DNA from: a virus | Lineage: Duplodnaviria; Caudoviricetes | Virus record (IMG/VR): IMGVR_UViG_3300031952_000019 | Coordinates: 1 to 56,815 of that record | Direction: 5' to 3' (one strand) | Length of the DNA stretch: 56,815 bases | The notes under the pieces: model-generated | Database searches by the model: none | Told to the model about the DNA's origin: nothing | The model's input: the letters and a program-made list of their open reading frames with translations, nothing else | Part shown: positions 1 through 8,140 of the stretch, piece after piece | Numbering within the stretch: the stretch's first letter is position 1 | Layout of the letters: every line of letters starts with the position of its first letter | Translations under genes and position numbers: made by a program

Positions 1-1
1 A

Positions 2-274
2 TTTTATTTGATCTCCCCTTAACGTTATTCCTTTTAACTTTGGTTCAGGGGAAATTGTGTTATGTGGAACTTGCAAGCTAAAATGCTTTCTCAATCGGTT
101 AGAAAAACCAGTCAAAAATATTCCTTTTTTGTTGATCAGATATTTTGTATATTCTGTTCTTATTTTTTTATAACCGGATTTTTTCCAAAACTCTTTTTGG
201 AACCCAAGCAATGGCTTTAGTAATTTCGGTTCATCGCAACGACTCCAAACAGGATCAATTTCTTTTATTTCCAT
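2..274 (-). CDS. SF2 (UvsW/DEAD-like) helicase, N-terminal part, runs off the window start
   Basis: Not in the ORF track. ATG at 274 follows AGGAGTGA; the frame is open to the window edge: MEIKEIDPVW...IFLTGFSNRL...PKLKGITLRGDQIK. LRxDQ resembles a helicase Q-motif; the ATPase motifs lie outside the window. Confidence 0.55.
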   Translation of the reverse strand, partial: MEIKEIDPVWSRCDEPKLLKPLLGFQKEFWKKSGYKKIRTEYTKYLINKKGIFLTGFSNRLRKHFSLQVPHNTISPEPKLKGITLRGDQIK

Positions 275-651
275 TTTATGTCACTCCTATCACTCCTTGG
301 CAAATGCAACCCTAACATTTCGGCACAAAGCACACAAGTAGTTCTATATTTCATAAAAATACTAACCTCATTTTTTAAAAGTATATGCCCACACATATAA
401 CATTTGCGGCGTTTTCGCCTAACAAGTCGCTTAAGAACCGCCCCGGCGGCTCTTTCCTTTGCTTCAGGTTGGTTGCTTTCTACTACTTTGTTTATAGTTG
501 TAATTGCTTTTTTTCCAGCTTTAAGTCTTTTGAACAACTCATTGGTTGCTTTGATATAAGCGGACTGACTTTCTTTTGTATTGCTAAGGAAGTCTCGGCA
601 ATCGTCTCTGTAAGACACAAGTTCATCGTCCGGTATGTATTTTAATAACAT
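265..651 (-). CDS. hypothetical protein with C-terminal CxxC...CxxC zinc ribbon
   Basis: GGAGG RBS; CYMC and CVLC motifs. Confidence 0.7.
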   Translation of the reverse strand: MLLKYIPDDELVSYRDDCRDFLSNTKESQSAYIKATNELFKRLKAGKKAITTINKVVESNQPEAKERAAGAVLKRLVRRKRRKCYMCGHILLKNEVSIFMKYRTTCVLCAEMLGLHLPRSDRSDIKWK

Positions 652-676
652 TTTACGTCCTCCAACAGGATGATAG

Positions 677-826
677 TTAAAATGGTCTTGAGATAAAAAG
701 CAACACTATTGCCACCAAAATAATTAAAGCCGCCTTGACAGCCATTCTGTGATGTTTTACAATACGTTTACGAGCAAGATAATACTGCGCAATGTCATTT
801 CTTAATTTTAGATCATTTGTATTCAT
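677..826 (-). CDS. small membrane protein (49 aa)
   Basis: Read manually: MNTNDLKLRN...AALIILVAIVLLFISRPF; ATGA overlap with the upstream gene. Confidence 0.6.
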   Translation of the reverse strand: MNTNDLKLRNDIAQYYLARKRIVKHHRMAVKAALIILVAIVLLFISRPF

Positions 827-1059
827 TTTGTTTCTTCTTTAAGTTTTTTTAATGCTTCTGCGGAACATTTATTACAATAACCGTGACTCCAACCATATTG
901 TTCTTCTCCATCTTTGATATTATAACATTCCTGACACATCAAACACACACTAACAATTATACTTAATCCGGTCTTGTCATTCATGTACCGGAGCATGGTG
1001 TCAATTAGTTTTTCATTTTTATATGTTACCTTCATAGCAGCTTTCCTCCTTTTTGTCAA
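823..1059 (-). CDS. small Cys/His zinc-binding hypothetical protein
   Basis: CLMC...SHGYCNKC motif, common in small phage proteins. Confidence 0.65.
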   Translation of the reverse strand: MTKRRKAAMKVTYKNEKLIDTMLRYMNDKTGLSIIVSVCLMCQECYNIKDGEEQYGWSHGYCNKCSAEALKKLKEETK

Positions 1060-1195
1060 TTTTATTAATTAGTGCTCTCATCCGGTGTAGGTAATGACAA
1101 TTGCCAGTTTGTTTATATCCTTCTACCAATTCCAACCACAAAACTTGTCTCTTTAACGTTAAGTGACCCTTACTGTCAAAAGTATTTTGTTCCAT
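1019..1195 (-). CDS. hypothetical protein
   Basis: Start moved to ATG 1195 behind GAGGT RBS; ELVEGYKQTGNCHYL motif. Confidence 0.6.
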   Translation of the reverse strand: MEQNTFDSKGHLTLKRQVLWLELVEGYKQTGNCHYLHRMRALINKIDKKEESCYEGNI

Positions 1196-1209
1196 GGTGT
1201 TACCTCTTT

Positions 1210-1530
1210 TTATTCCTCTTTTATTAGGCATATAGAAAGTGTGTATCTTTGAATATTAGAACACCATACATCCCATCCAGCATATTGTGGAAATTCAATC
1301 CAAGTATCTCCTGTTTTTTTCTTATGTAGATGCAAAGATTGCCCAGTAGTAGAAATTACTATACCGGGAAATATCCCTGATGATGTCGCAGATACATCAC
1401 AATATTTGCTTTTGAGATCAATGCACAAAGCAACTATATATTCACCGTCTATTCTTATCCAACCATTATTAACAATTGGTGCTCCTTGTTTGGTTTTTTT
1501 AATTTTTAGCATTTTATTTCTCCTTTTCAA
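1210..1530 (-). CDS. hypothetical protein
   Basis: ORF within the tightly packed leftward block; AGGAG RBS precedes the internal Met (MLKIKK). Confidence 0.6.
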   Translation of the reverse strand: MKRRNKMLKIKKTKQGAPIVNNGWIRIDGEYIVALCIDLKSKYCDVSATSSGIFPGIVISTTGQSLHLHKKKTGDTWIEFPQYAGWDVWCSNIQRYTLSICLIKEE

Positions 1531-1732
1531 TCTTGAATTTATTCAAGATTGATAATGCTAATCCATGGAATTGTTTTCCTTTTCTAAAGTAAAAAAAGAA
1601 TCTTCTTGCCGCATATTCAGAACTTAAATTGTAAACATACTTTTTAAAATTATCATATTCATTGACAATACAAACAGATATCTCAATCACCCCATTGTAA
1701 TCTTTAATGGTGCTCTTATGTATTAAATACAT
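1514..1732 (-). CDS. hypothetical protein
   Basis: AAGGAG RBS, overlaps neighbours. Confidence 0.6.
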   Translation of the reverse strand: MYLIHKSTIKDYNGVIEISVCIVNEYDNFKKYVYNLSSEYAARRFFFYFRKGKQFHGLALSILNKFKIEKEK

Positions 1733-2102
1733 TGGTTTCTCCTTCCGAAAGGTTAAACCCTAATTCTTTTATAAGATTGATAAGGTCTCCAAAGTAATAC
1801 TGGATGTTGTAGTATCCTTCTCCATGACCTTTTTCATACGCTTTGACATATAGGATTTCTGCTTTCTTATTTCTACTTACTCCATATTCCTTAAAAAGAT
1901 CTTCCTTGAATAATTTTTCCAAACGATAATTTTCGTCTCGATATGCGGTGGCATGTTTTTGATATTCTTCAAATTCTGTATTGTATTTTTTTAACTCGTT
2001 TAAATATGCGCGAGCTTCTTTAGACGTGCAATTTAATTTTAATCCCGGTCGTTGTGGTTTTTTAGGGTATTTCATCTTGTTTTCATAGTCTTTGTAATTC
2101 AT
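1716..2102 (-). CDS. phage hypothetical protein
   Basis: AAGGAG RBS; AYEKGHGEGY motif. Confidence 0.7.
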   Translation of the reverse strand: MNYKDYENKMKYPKKPQRPGLKLNCTSKEARAYLNELKKYNTEFEEYQKHATAYRDENYRLEKLFKEDLFKEYGVSRNKKAEILYVKAYEKGHGEGYYNIQYYFGDLINLIKELGFNLSEGETNVFNT

Positions 2103-2113
2103 TTTATTTCTCC

Positions 2114-2494
2114 TTATATTTCACATTCCGTTATAAACGTTTTTAGTTCATTGAAAATCTTTTCAATAATGTTGTTTTTATAACCCATTTTCTTGTAATA
2201 TTGTTTGATTAAGCTTTTGCTAATGCAATTGTATTTTTTTGTTGTTAACTCTTGGAGAGTTGTTTCGTCGCCATTTAAAATCAAGTCAACCATCTTTTTT
2301 GCTTCAATTGACAACATTTCGGACAATTGCTTGACGAGTAAAACATCTTCGGCATTTTTTCTTTTTGATGGCAAAATAAAAGCATTTACTTCTTTGTCAG
2401 ATTCAATTGTGTTATATTCTATGCAATCATAATGAAACATGTTGGCCGCGATCAACCAATCGTACTCAACTATACCTTTACCATGTCCGCTCAT
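2114..2494 (-). CDS. hypothetical protein, possibly a sigma-factor-like C-terminal helical domain
   Basis: AAGGAG RBS; LSIEAKKMVDLIL...IEKIFNELK pattern is only suggestive. Confidence 0.5.
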   Translation of the reverse strand: MSGHGKGIVEYDWLIAANMFHYDCIEYNTIESDKEVNAFILPSKRKNAEDVLLVKQLSEMLSIEAKKMVDLILNGDETTLQELTTKKYNCISKSLIKQYYKKMGYKNNIIEKIFNELKTFITECEI

Positions 2495-2534
2495 ATGCTT
2501 TCTCCTTTTATTTCAATTGTATTTTCTCTAATAA

Positions 2535-2804
2535 TTATGAATGTTTTACATGAAATTTCTTTTCCCATTTAGAACTTCCCGGGCAGCATTCTGTGTGCCG
2601 AAAAAGATTTCCCCCATCTATTTTATGCTTTCCAATGTAGATATAATCCAGGTATCTCCCACACTCTATTTTTTTTAGTTTCTTTTTAGACTTTATCTTT
2701 TTTAAAGTCTTGTCCAATGGCTTGTCGCAGACAAAACAATTTTCGTCCGAAGAAACTATATGCAGCCATTTATCCGGTTTACTTTTCCTTTTCAATAGTG
2801 TCAT
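2535..2804 (-). CDS. hypothetical zinc-binding protein
   Basis: CFVC...RHTECCPGS. Confidence 0.6.
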   Translation of the reverse strand: MTLLKRKSKPDKWLHIVSSDENCFVCDKPLDKTLKKIKSKKKLKKIECGRYLDYIYIGKHKIDGGNLFRHTECCPGSSKWEKKFHVKHS

Positions 2805-2946
2805 TATTTTTCTCCCTAAAAAAGTTGTTAATGATTAACGTCAACATGTTTGAGACTGTTCTTTGTTCTTCCTTCGCCATTACTTCCACTTCTTCAACAA
2901 CACTTTTTTTGAGATAAACTCCCTTTACCAATTTTTTTTCTTTCAT
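2779..2946 (-). CDS. ribbon-helix-helix (Arc/CopG-like) DNA-binding protein, 55 aa
   Basis: Not in the ORF track. GGAGG RBS and ATGA overlap; KGVYLKKSVVEEVEVMAKEEQRTVSNMLTLIINNFF fits the RHH strand-helix-helix pattern. Confidence 0.7.
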   Translation of the reverse strand: MKEKKLVKGVYLKKSVVEEVEVMAKEEQRTVSNMLTLIINNFFREKNNDTIEKEK

Positions 2947-3431
2947 TTTATTTCCTCCAATTTATTGCTAATATAAATACACAAAGAGTAATCAGGGTAA
3001 TTGAGGCAGCCAGGACAGTGAGAACAATCGGGGGTAAATTCGTCGATTGGTGGTGACATTAAGTGTGTTTTTACTTCCTCTGCATTCATTGGTAATGTTC
3101 TTTCCATCATTTTATCCTCCTTTATTTTATAGAATTCAAAGATATATGCATCCGTTTCCATTATGGGAAAATAAGGATTATTTTCCTGCGAACCATCATG
3201 CCATAAATATATTGGTTGATCGGCGTGGTCATAAAACCATTTTTTTGCCACTTCAAAATCTTCAAAGTCAGATACTTTTTTTTCTGAAATCAAATTTTCT
3301 GATTGTACATATTCGGCTCTTGTTATGTGCCAATGTTTTGTTTTAAATAGTTGTTTAAGTTTTTCTAAAAATATAGGATTGTATGTTTCTTGGTAAGCTT
3401 CACAATACATTGCAAATAAGTTTGTATTCAT
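2943..3431 (-). CDS. hypothetical protein
   Basis: ATGA overlaps on both sides; C-terminal CxxCxxC. Confidence 0.65.
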   Translation of the reverse strand: MNTNLFAMYCEAYQETYNPIFLEKLKQLFKTKHWHITRAEYVQSENLISEKKVSDFEDFEVAKKWFYDHADQPIYLWHDGSQENNPYFPIMETDAYIFEFYKIKEDKMMERTLPMNAEEVKTHLMSPPIDEFTPDCSHCPGCLNYPDYSLCIYISNKLEEIK

Positions 3432-3676
3432 TTTATTTCCCCCTTTACTTTAAATTGTAAGCGTTTTTTCATTAAGCGTTTCTGAAAAAGTTTTTCTTTA
3501 GAACGACAGAAAAGTGGTTCTTGCTTCTCAAACTGAATACGTTTTCTCTTCAAGGCTTCAAACAAAGTTTCTCCTTCGCAAATTAGAAAAGTGGTTCCAG
3601 TAAATTTATCGGTGTACATTGGGAGGGGGGTTTTTTCTTTCCTTTCTTGCCAACCGTTAAAAATCAAGTTTTTCAT
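3428..3676 (-). CDS. hypothetical protein
   Basis: AAGGA RBS; YTDKFTGTTFL motif. Confidence 0.6.
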   Translation of the reverse strand: MKNLIFNGWQERKEKTPLPMYTDKFTGTTFLICEGETLFEALKRKRIQFEKQEPLFCRSKEKLFQKRLMKKRLQFKVKGEIK

Positions 3677-3692
3677 AAATTTAATCCTTTCA

Positions 3693-4127
3693 TTAAATGT
3701 TTAACTCTTTTATTTTTTTATCATATTCTTCCTTTGTCATTTTTACGTTGCAAATTTCATATTGTCCATTTTTGACCCCTGAGCAGAAAGAGCATTTGAA
3801 GCAACCAAAACAAAAAGAACATTCGGAACAGGAAGAACATTCAGAGCAATGAGAGCAATTAGAACAATTAGAGCAATGAGAGCAATTAGAACAATGAGAA
3901 CAATCAGAGCAATGAGAACAATTGATACAATTGGCACTCCAAGAACACCAAGAACAACCAGAACAACCAGAACAATCCGAGCAATTGGAACAATTAAAGC
4001 AATCGGCACAAATAACACAACCAGAACAATTGGAGCAATTAGAACCATAGGACTTTTGGTCCAATGATAATGTATAATTTTGTATTTCTTTTAAATTCAT
4101 TGACAATATCTCTTTTTTTGTTTTCAT
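3693..4127 (-). CDS. cysteine-rich (Cxx)n repeat protein, predicted beta-solenoid
   Basis: About 30 Cxx triplets (CSNCSGC...) followed by EICNVKMTKEEY; GGAGG RBS. Confidence 0.8.
   Translation of the reverse strand: MKTKKEILSMNLKEIQNYTLSLDQKSYGSNCSNCSGCVICADCFNCSNCSDCSGCSGCSWCSWSANCINCSHCSDCSHCSNCSHCSNCSNCSHCSECSSCSECSFCFGCFKCSFCSGVKNGQYEICNVKMTKEEYDKKIKELNI
3775..4045. repeat. degenerate 9-bp tandem repeat encoding the Cxx array
   Basis: Units such as AGAGCAATG, AGAGCAATT, AGAACAATT, AGAACAACC. Confidence 0.85.
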
Positions 4128-4417
4128 TTTTGTTGCCTCCTGTTTGATAGATTATTGATATTATCAACGATAATTTGTAGTTTCTGGCACTCCACATTAT
4201 AAGCAGCAAAATCTTTGTGGCTTAACCCGCTCTTATAGTGTGATGCATATGTACTCGTCGATGCAATCCGGTAGGGCGTATGTCCGCGGTATACTTTTTT
4301 CTCGTCGTGCACAATGGCAATGGAAGCAACTATGCGATGCATATAGCCACTACCGATATTTCTGCCTCTCCGATGTACAAGCACACTCTTTTCTCCATCT
4401 TTTAATATGTAGTTCAT
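4124..4417 (-). CDS. hypothetical protein
   Basis: Start moved to ATG 4417 behind GGAGGT; the longer track ORF runs into the non-coding repeat. Confidence 0.6.
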   Translation of the reverse strand: MNYILKDGEKSVLVHRRGRNIGSGYMHRIVASIAIVHDEKKVYRGHTPYRIASTSTYASHYKSGLSHKDFAAYNVECQKLQIIVDNINNLSNRRQQK

Positions 4418-4452
4418 TTTTGTTACCTCCATTAAGTTTATTTGTTTTAATT

Positions 4453-4552
4453 CTTTGAAAAGCTTGCTTGGTTTAAACTCTCTTGCTCCTGCTTTCTTCA
4501 AGACCTATTCAATTTTAAAAGAACATTATTCTCTTTTCTTGATTATATTATA
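4453..4552 (-). repeat. direct repeat copy 1: TATAAT + boxA-like motif + stem-loop
   Basis: Near-identical to 5841-5938; differences concentrated in the hairpin loop. Confidence 0.9.
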
Positions 4553-4576
4553 ATCTAGTATCCCCTTTCTGTTGCA

Positions 4577-4738
4577 TTATTTTGTTGAACAATTTTTGTA
4601 TATGGGAAGTCTTCTGAATAATTCGTTACAAGCTTCGACAAACGCATTGCAGTTTTTATGATCATTATAAGTATCTATGACGCATTTGTTGTAATACAAT
4701 ATAAATTCCATATTATTCATTTCTTCAAGTTTATTCAT
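4577..4738 (-). CDS. small hypothetical protein (53 aa)
   Basis: Not in the ORF track. AAGGAG RBS; MNKLEEMNNMEF...EACNELFRRLPIY. Confidence 0.65.
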   Translation of the reverse strand: MNKLEEMNNMEFILYYNKCVIDTYNDHKNCNAFVEACNELFRRLPIYKNCSTK

Positions 4739-4839
4739 TTTATTTCTCCTTTTTCTGGTTTAATGCCTGATTACAGGCAGGCGGCTCTTAAATCTTTTTA
4801 ACATACCGTTTTAATTTTGTTTTGCTTATATAGTTCTTT

Positions 4840-4920
4840 TTATATTGTTTCGTATACTGTATTAAAATTTGATTTCAATAGTAAATTGGCATTTTTAAAA
4901 TCTGTGTATTGCAATATCAT
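4840..4920 (-). CDS. 26-aa peptide
   Basis: Strong AAGGAGG RBS before ATG 4920 (MILQYTDFKNANLLLKSNFNTVYETI). Confidence 0.35.
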   Translation of the reverse strand: MILQYTDFKNANLLLKSNFNTVYETI

Positions 4921-4933
4921 GTCTTTTCCCTCC

Positions 4934-5647
4934 TTAATCATTAATTCCGTAATTCGCCTCACACTGCACCTCTTTGAGGTCGCGGCGGAATTTAACCATC
5001 GGATCACTGCTGTAATGGCCACAATCACCGTGGCACCAAGTTTCGCAATAAAAACAATAACCGGATTTTATTTTACTCTGGATATCCACTTTTTCTTCCA
5101 CTTCTCTCGCTGCTTTATGGGCAGGTGCGGTTTCCCACTTTCCACGCGCCTCGTTGATTTTGATCATAATCTCATCATCGCTCTGGGTAGGCTGATCAAC
5201 ATCGTACTCCGAGGTCAAGCAGTTGCGGCATTCCGCAAGTATCTCGGCATCAGGGCGGGTAATATCACCAACCCACTCACAAAGGGAGTAATCGCCCCAT
5301 CCGCGAGAAGACAAATAAATCCTAACTTGCTTAGCGGCTTCAACAGCCTTTTCTTTGGCAATCCGATCTTGCTCCGCCTTTGCCGGATGTTTTGTCCAAT
5401 CCTCATCATTGCCAGCCCACAGGCCATTTGGATTATCTCCCAACCGGGTAAAATATTCGTGGGGAATTTGATCATATTTACCGGCTTTAACGAGAGATAC
5501 GATGCGCGTCTTTTCCGCCGGATCGGTAATACCCAAAATAGGGTTTCCGCTCATCCACAGCGTACCATCTTTTTTTATAATTACACTGGGGCCGGGAAGC
5601 GTAAATTTAATTTCATTACCTCTTACTACTCTCAAGCATCCCTTCAT
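4934..5647 (-). CDS. hypothetical protein, first gene of the early operon, C-terminal CxxCxxxCxxxC motif
   Basis: AAGGAGG RBS; visibly richer in GC than its flanks. Confidence 0.75.
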   Translation of the reverse strand: MKGCLRVVRGNEIKFTLPGPSVIIKKDGTLWMSGNPILGITDPAEKTRIVSLVKAGKYDQIPHEYFTRLGDNPNGLWAGNDEDWTKHPAKAEQDRIAKEKAVEAAKQVRIYLSSRGWGDYSLCEWVGDITRPDAEILAECRNCLTSEYDVDQPTQSDDEIMIKINEARGKWETAPAHKAAREVEEKVDIQSKIKSGYCFYCETWCHGDCGHYSSDPMVKFRRDLKEVQCEANYGIND

Positions 5648-5840
5648 GGTTTTGTCCTCCTTTTTTGTTTAATTGTTATTTTTTGATTGATATTTAACCT
5701 TTAGCAACAGCTGAAGTTAATTCAACTGTTGATGAAAATTAAATCCTTGTTTACCATCCGCCCTATCAATCCCTCGCCAGTTCTGGACTTGGTTGCCTTT
5801 TGATAAGTGGTTTATGATTAATCAGCTTAACCTTTGCTGT

Positions 5841-5938
5841 CTTTGAAAAGCTTGCCTGGTGTGAACATTTGCTCCTGCTTCCTTCAAGACTTATTCAATT
5901 TTAAAAGAACACTATTCTCTTTTCTTGATTATATTATA
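5841..5938 (-). repeat. direct repeat copy 2: TATAAT + boxA-like motif + stem-loop
   Basis: See 4453-4552. Confidence 0.9.
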
Positions 5939-5961
5939 GCATATTTTTTTAAAAAAGTAAA
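5933..5961 (-). promoter_or_regulatory. sigma70-type early promoter (leftward)
   Basis: Minus strand reads TTTACT - 17 bp - TATAAT, with an extended -10 (TGcTATAAT) and an A/T tract upstream resembling an UP element. Confidence 0.75.
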
Positions 5962-5998
5962 GCTTTTTTTTAATATTTTAAAAAATAAATAGTAATGA

Positions 5999-6011
5999 TA
6001 TCAATAACTTA
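5999..6011 (+). promoter_or_regulatory. candidate IHF site
   Basis: TATCAATAACTTA matches WATCAANNNNTTR, with an A/T tract on its 5' side, in the divergent intergenic region. Confidence 0.4.
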
Positions 6012-6109
6012 GTTTTTTTGATAAAAATAAATGACAAAAATAGCAAAAATATAGCTCAAAATAAATTTATGAACGTTAAAAAAGGCTTTATATATATGAG
6101 GAGGTAAAT

Positions 6110-6565
6110 ATGACTGGTTTTTTTCTTGGAATTAAGAACATTTTTACGTGGTTCAAAATCATTTGGAATGACCGACAATGGGATAGTTATTTTTTGCTTG
6201 TGTTGATGCAGTATAAGCTAACTTTGATGCAAAAATATTTTGAGACAAACGCTCATCATCTTGAAGCAGACAAAAACATAATAGACATTAAAATTTGCAA
6301 GAATCTTTTGAAGCGATTGGCAGAGGACGATTATTATAAAAATGTGTTTTTATTCCACGATGAAAAGTGGGGAAAACTCAACATCACTTTTGAAGACGAC
6401 AACAGAATTTCCATCACTAGGAAGAATTGTGTAACGGAGCAAGAAAAGAAAGAAGAAAAGAAAGAAGCGATTAATTTGCGCGACAAAGAAGCATTGCTAA
6501 TTGACCAGGACTTGAATTTATTGTTCAAGATCATGAGAAAACAAATTAAACATTGGTGGGATTAG
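6110..6565 (+). CDS. conserved phage hypothetical protein
   Basis: GAGGAGGT RBS; WFKIIWNDRQWD...WWD pattern. Confidence 0.75.
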   Translation: MTGFFLGIKNIFTWFKIIWNDRQWDSYFLLVLMQYKLTLMQKYFETNAHHLEADKNIIDIKICKNLLKRLAEDDYYKNVFLFHDEKWGKLNITFEDDNRISITRKNCVTEQEKKEEKKEAINLRDKEALLIDQDLNLLFKIMRKQIKHWWD

Positions 6566-6576
6566 AAGGAGAAATT

Positions 6577-6984
6577 ATGAATGGAGAAAGAGTCACGATT
6601 ACGTATTTGATGTTGATGATCAGTTGGCCAATTTTAAACAGGCTGCTTGCCGAGCCGCTGTTGCCAAAAGGGGCTTATGCCTTGGGAAGAAATGTGAACG
6701 CCTTGTTTCCATTTTTCAAAGAAATGTATGATAAGCAGCAAGAATTGGTTAAAAAACATGGAACTTTTGCTGCAGAAAAACAACAATGGATTGTTGACAA
6801 GGACACACCAGAGCTGGTTTCCGAATATAATCTTTTTAAAGCACAAACATTTGAAACAACATTAATGAAAATTGAACTCAAAAATCTCATCGCTCCAATC
6901 ACAGCGCAAGAGATGGATGCAATTTCATTTTTGATTTGTGAGGACAAAATTCTATTAGAGATGGGTTCCACTCTTCTTCAATAA
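6577..6984 (+). CDS. hypothetical protein
   Basis: AAGGAG RBS before ATG 6577. Confidence 0.65.
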   Translation: MNGERVTITYLMLMISWPILNRLLAEPLLPKGAYALGRNVNALFPFFKEMYDKQQELVKKHGTFAAEKQQWIVDKDTPELVSEYNLFKAQTFETTLMKIELKNLIAPITAQEMDAISFLICEDKILLEMGSTLLQ

Positions 6985-7003
6985 CAATAAAAAGGATTTT
7001 TAT

Positions 7004-7312
7004 ATGAAAGCAACAATTTATAAAGGAAAATTAAGGATTGATCCACAAACGATACAAGAGAGTGACTCTTTGATGCGATGGTATGGAAAGGAAAAAACCT
7101 ATCCAATGATCCTTAACTTTACCAAAAAGAATCATCCAAATACAAAGCTTACCGATTCATTGTTGAGAAAGGTTTTTTCCATTTTAAATGGAATTGACAA
7201 GTGTGAGTTGTCTCACGTGGCAGGTTGGTGGGAAACTAGTGAAGGGGCAACATTCGGCAGGAATAAAATCAAACTTATCAAAGCAGCTTTCAGCGAATTC
7301 GAAGGTGAATAA
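7004..7312 (+). CDS. hypothetical protein
   Basis: AAGGA RBS; GWWETSEGATFG motif. Confidence 0.65.
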   Translation: MKATIYKGKLRIDPQTIQESDSLMRWYGKEKTYPMILNFTKKNHPNTKLTDSLLRKVFSILNGIDKCELSHVAGWWETSEGATFGRNKIKLIKAAFSEFEGE

Positions 7313-7313
7313 A

Positions 7314-7673
7314 ATGAAATGCAAATTGACTAACTGTAAGGATAAGGACAATTGCGCGATAAAGGATGACCCATGGGGAGGCGTCATTTGCGACCCTTAT
7401 AAAAAATACATTGATCAAGATCATGTGCAATGGAAGGGAAGAGAAATACCATTTTCATACTTAGGAGTAAATATGGAAGAAATTCTTTTTGAAAAAGAAC
7501 TTTACAAGGATTCCATTGAAGATAGAAATTCTTTAATCTTTCAATTATATTTTTTGGACAGGAAGAAAGTAAAGGATATTTCTATTCATGTTGGGATGAG
7601 TGAAATTACAGTTTACAAATTTATTCAAAAAGTAAAAAACCAATTTAAAAGAAAGCAGAGGGAAATGAAATGA
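7314..7673 (+). CDS. sigma70 region-4-like HTH protein, possible late transcription regulator
   Basis: IFQLYFLDRKKVKDISIHVGMSEITVYKFI HTH; Cys-rich N-terminus; upstream of terminase. Confidence 0.6.
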   Translation: MKCKLTNCKDKDNCAIKDDPWGGVICDPYKKYIDQDHVQWKGREIPFSYLGVNMEEILFEKELYKDSIEDRNSLIFQLYFLDRKKVKDISIHVGMSEITVYKFIQKVKNQFKRKQREMK

Positions 7674-7921
7674 AATATATTAGCAATTTCCACAACAGAG
7701 AAGAAAGATACCTTCGCAAAGGAGACTGGCACAAACATTTTGCATGGCTTCCTGTTAATGTTGGGTTAACAGATGAACAAAAGCATATAAAGATTTGGCT
7801 GGAGTTTGTGGAAAGAAGATCAATATCATCTATGGTTGATTTTCACAATCGCAAACTTGATTACGAATACAGAGAGATCATATGGTGTTGGAAAGATAAA
7901 TCATTATCAAACAAATTATAA
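7670..7921 (+). CDS. hypothetical protein
   Basis: WHKHFAWLPV...IWLEFVERR, a common small phage protein pattern. Confidence 0.7.
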   Translation: MKYISNFHNREERYLRKGDWHKHFAWLPVNVGLTDEQKHIKIWLEFVERRSISSMVDFHNRKLDYEYREIIWCWKDKSLSNKL

Positions 7922-7937
7922 ATTATAGGAGAACAAA

Positions 7938-8090
7938 ATGAACTATTTATTTTTATCAGAATCCATTAAAGGATTTGTCATTCCTAAGAAATACTCTTTT
8001 GCCCCATTGGATTTGTTCCTGTATGTACTGGCGATATTCTTATTGGGGGTACTTGTAGGTGAAGTAGGCATAGCATTAATAGCTTTTTAA
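7938..8090 (+). CDS. small membrane protein (50 aa)
   Basis: Not in the ORF track. AGGAG RBS; hydrophobic C-terminal half. Confidence 0.55.
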   Translation: MNYLFLSESIKGFVIPKKYSFAPLDLFLYVLAIFLLGVLVGEVGIALIAF

Positions 8091-8127
8091 TACATTTTAT
8101 AAACCATAAAAATTAGAAGCTGTTTAA

Positions 8128-8140
8128 TATCAAATAGTTA
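8128..8140 (+). promoter_or_regulatory. candidate IHF site upstream of terS
   Basis: TATCAAATAGTTA matches WATCAANNNNTTR. Confidence 0.35.

Noticed and set aside
3775-4045. Tandem repeats as a CRISPR array, and the overlapping ORFs 3743..4048 (-) and 3849..4067 (+)
   Set aside because: The units are 9 bp with no unique spacers; the alternative frames are shadows of the Cxx coding repeat
4417-4501. N-terminal extension of ORF 4124..4501
   Set aside because: It lies in the non-coding repeat; a strong RBS precedes ATG 4417
4764-4779. Hairpin TGCCTG-ATTA-CAGGCA as a terminator
   Set aside because: No U-tract follows on the transcribed (minus) strand; function unsupported
4817-5686. 289-aa plus-strand ORF
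   Set aside because: Antisense shadow of the GC-richer gene 4934..5647; no RBS, and opposite to the operon direction
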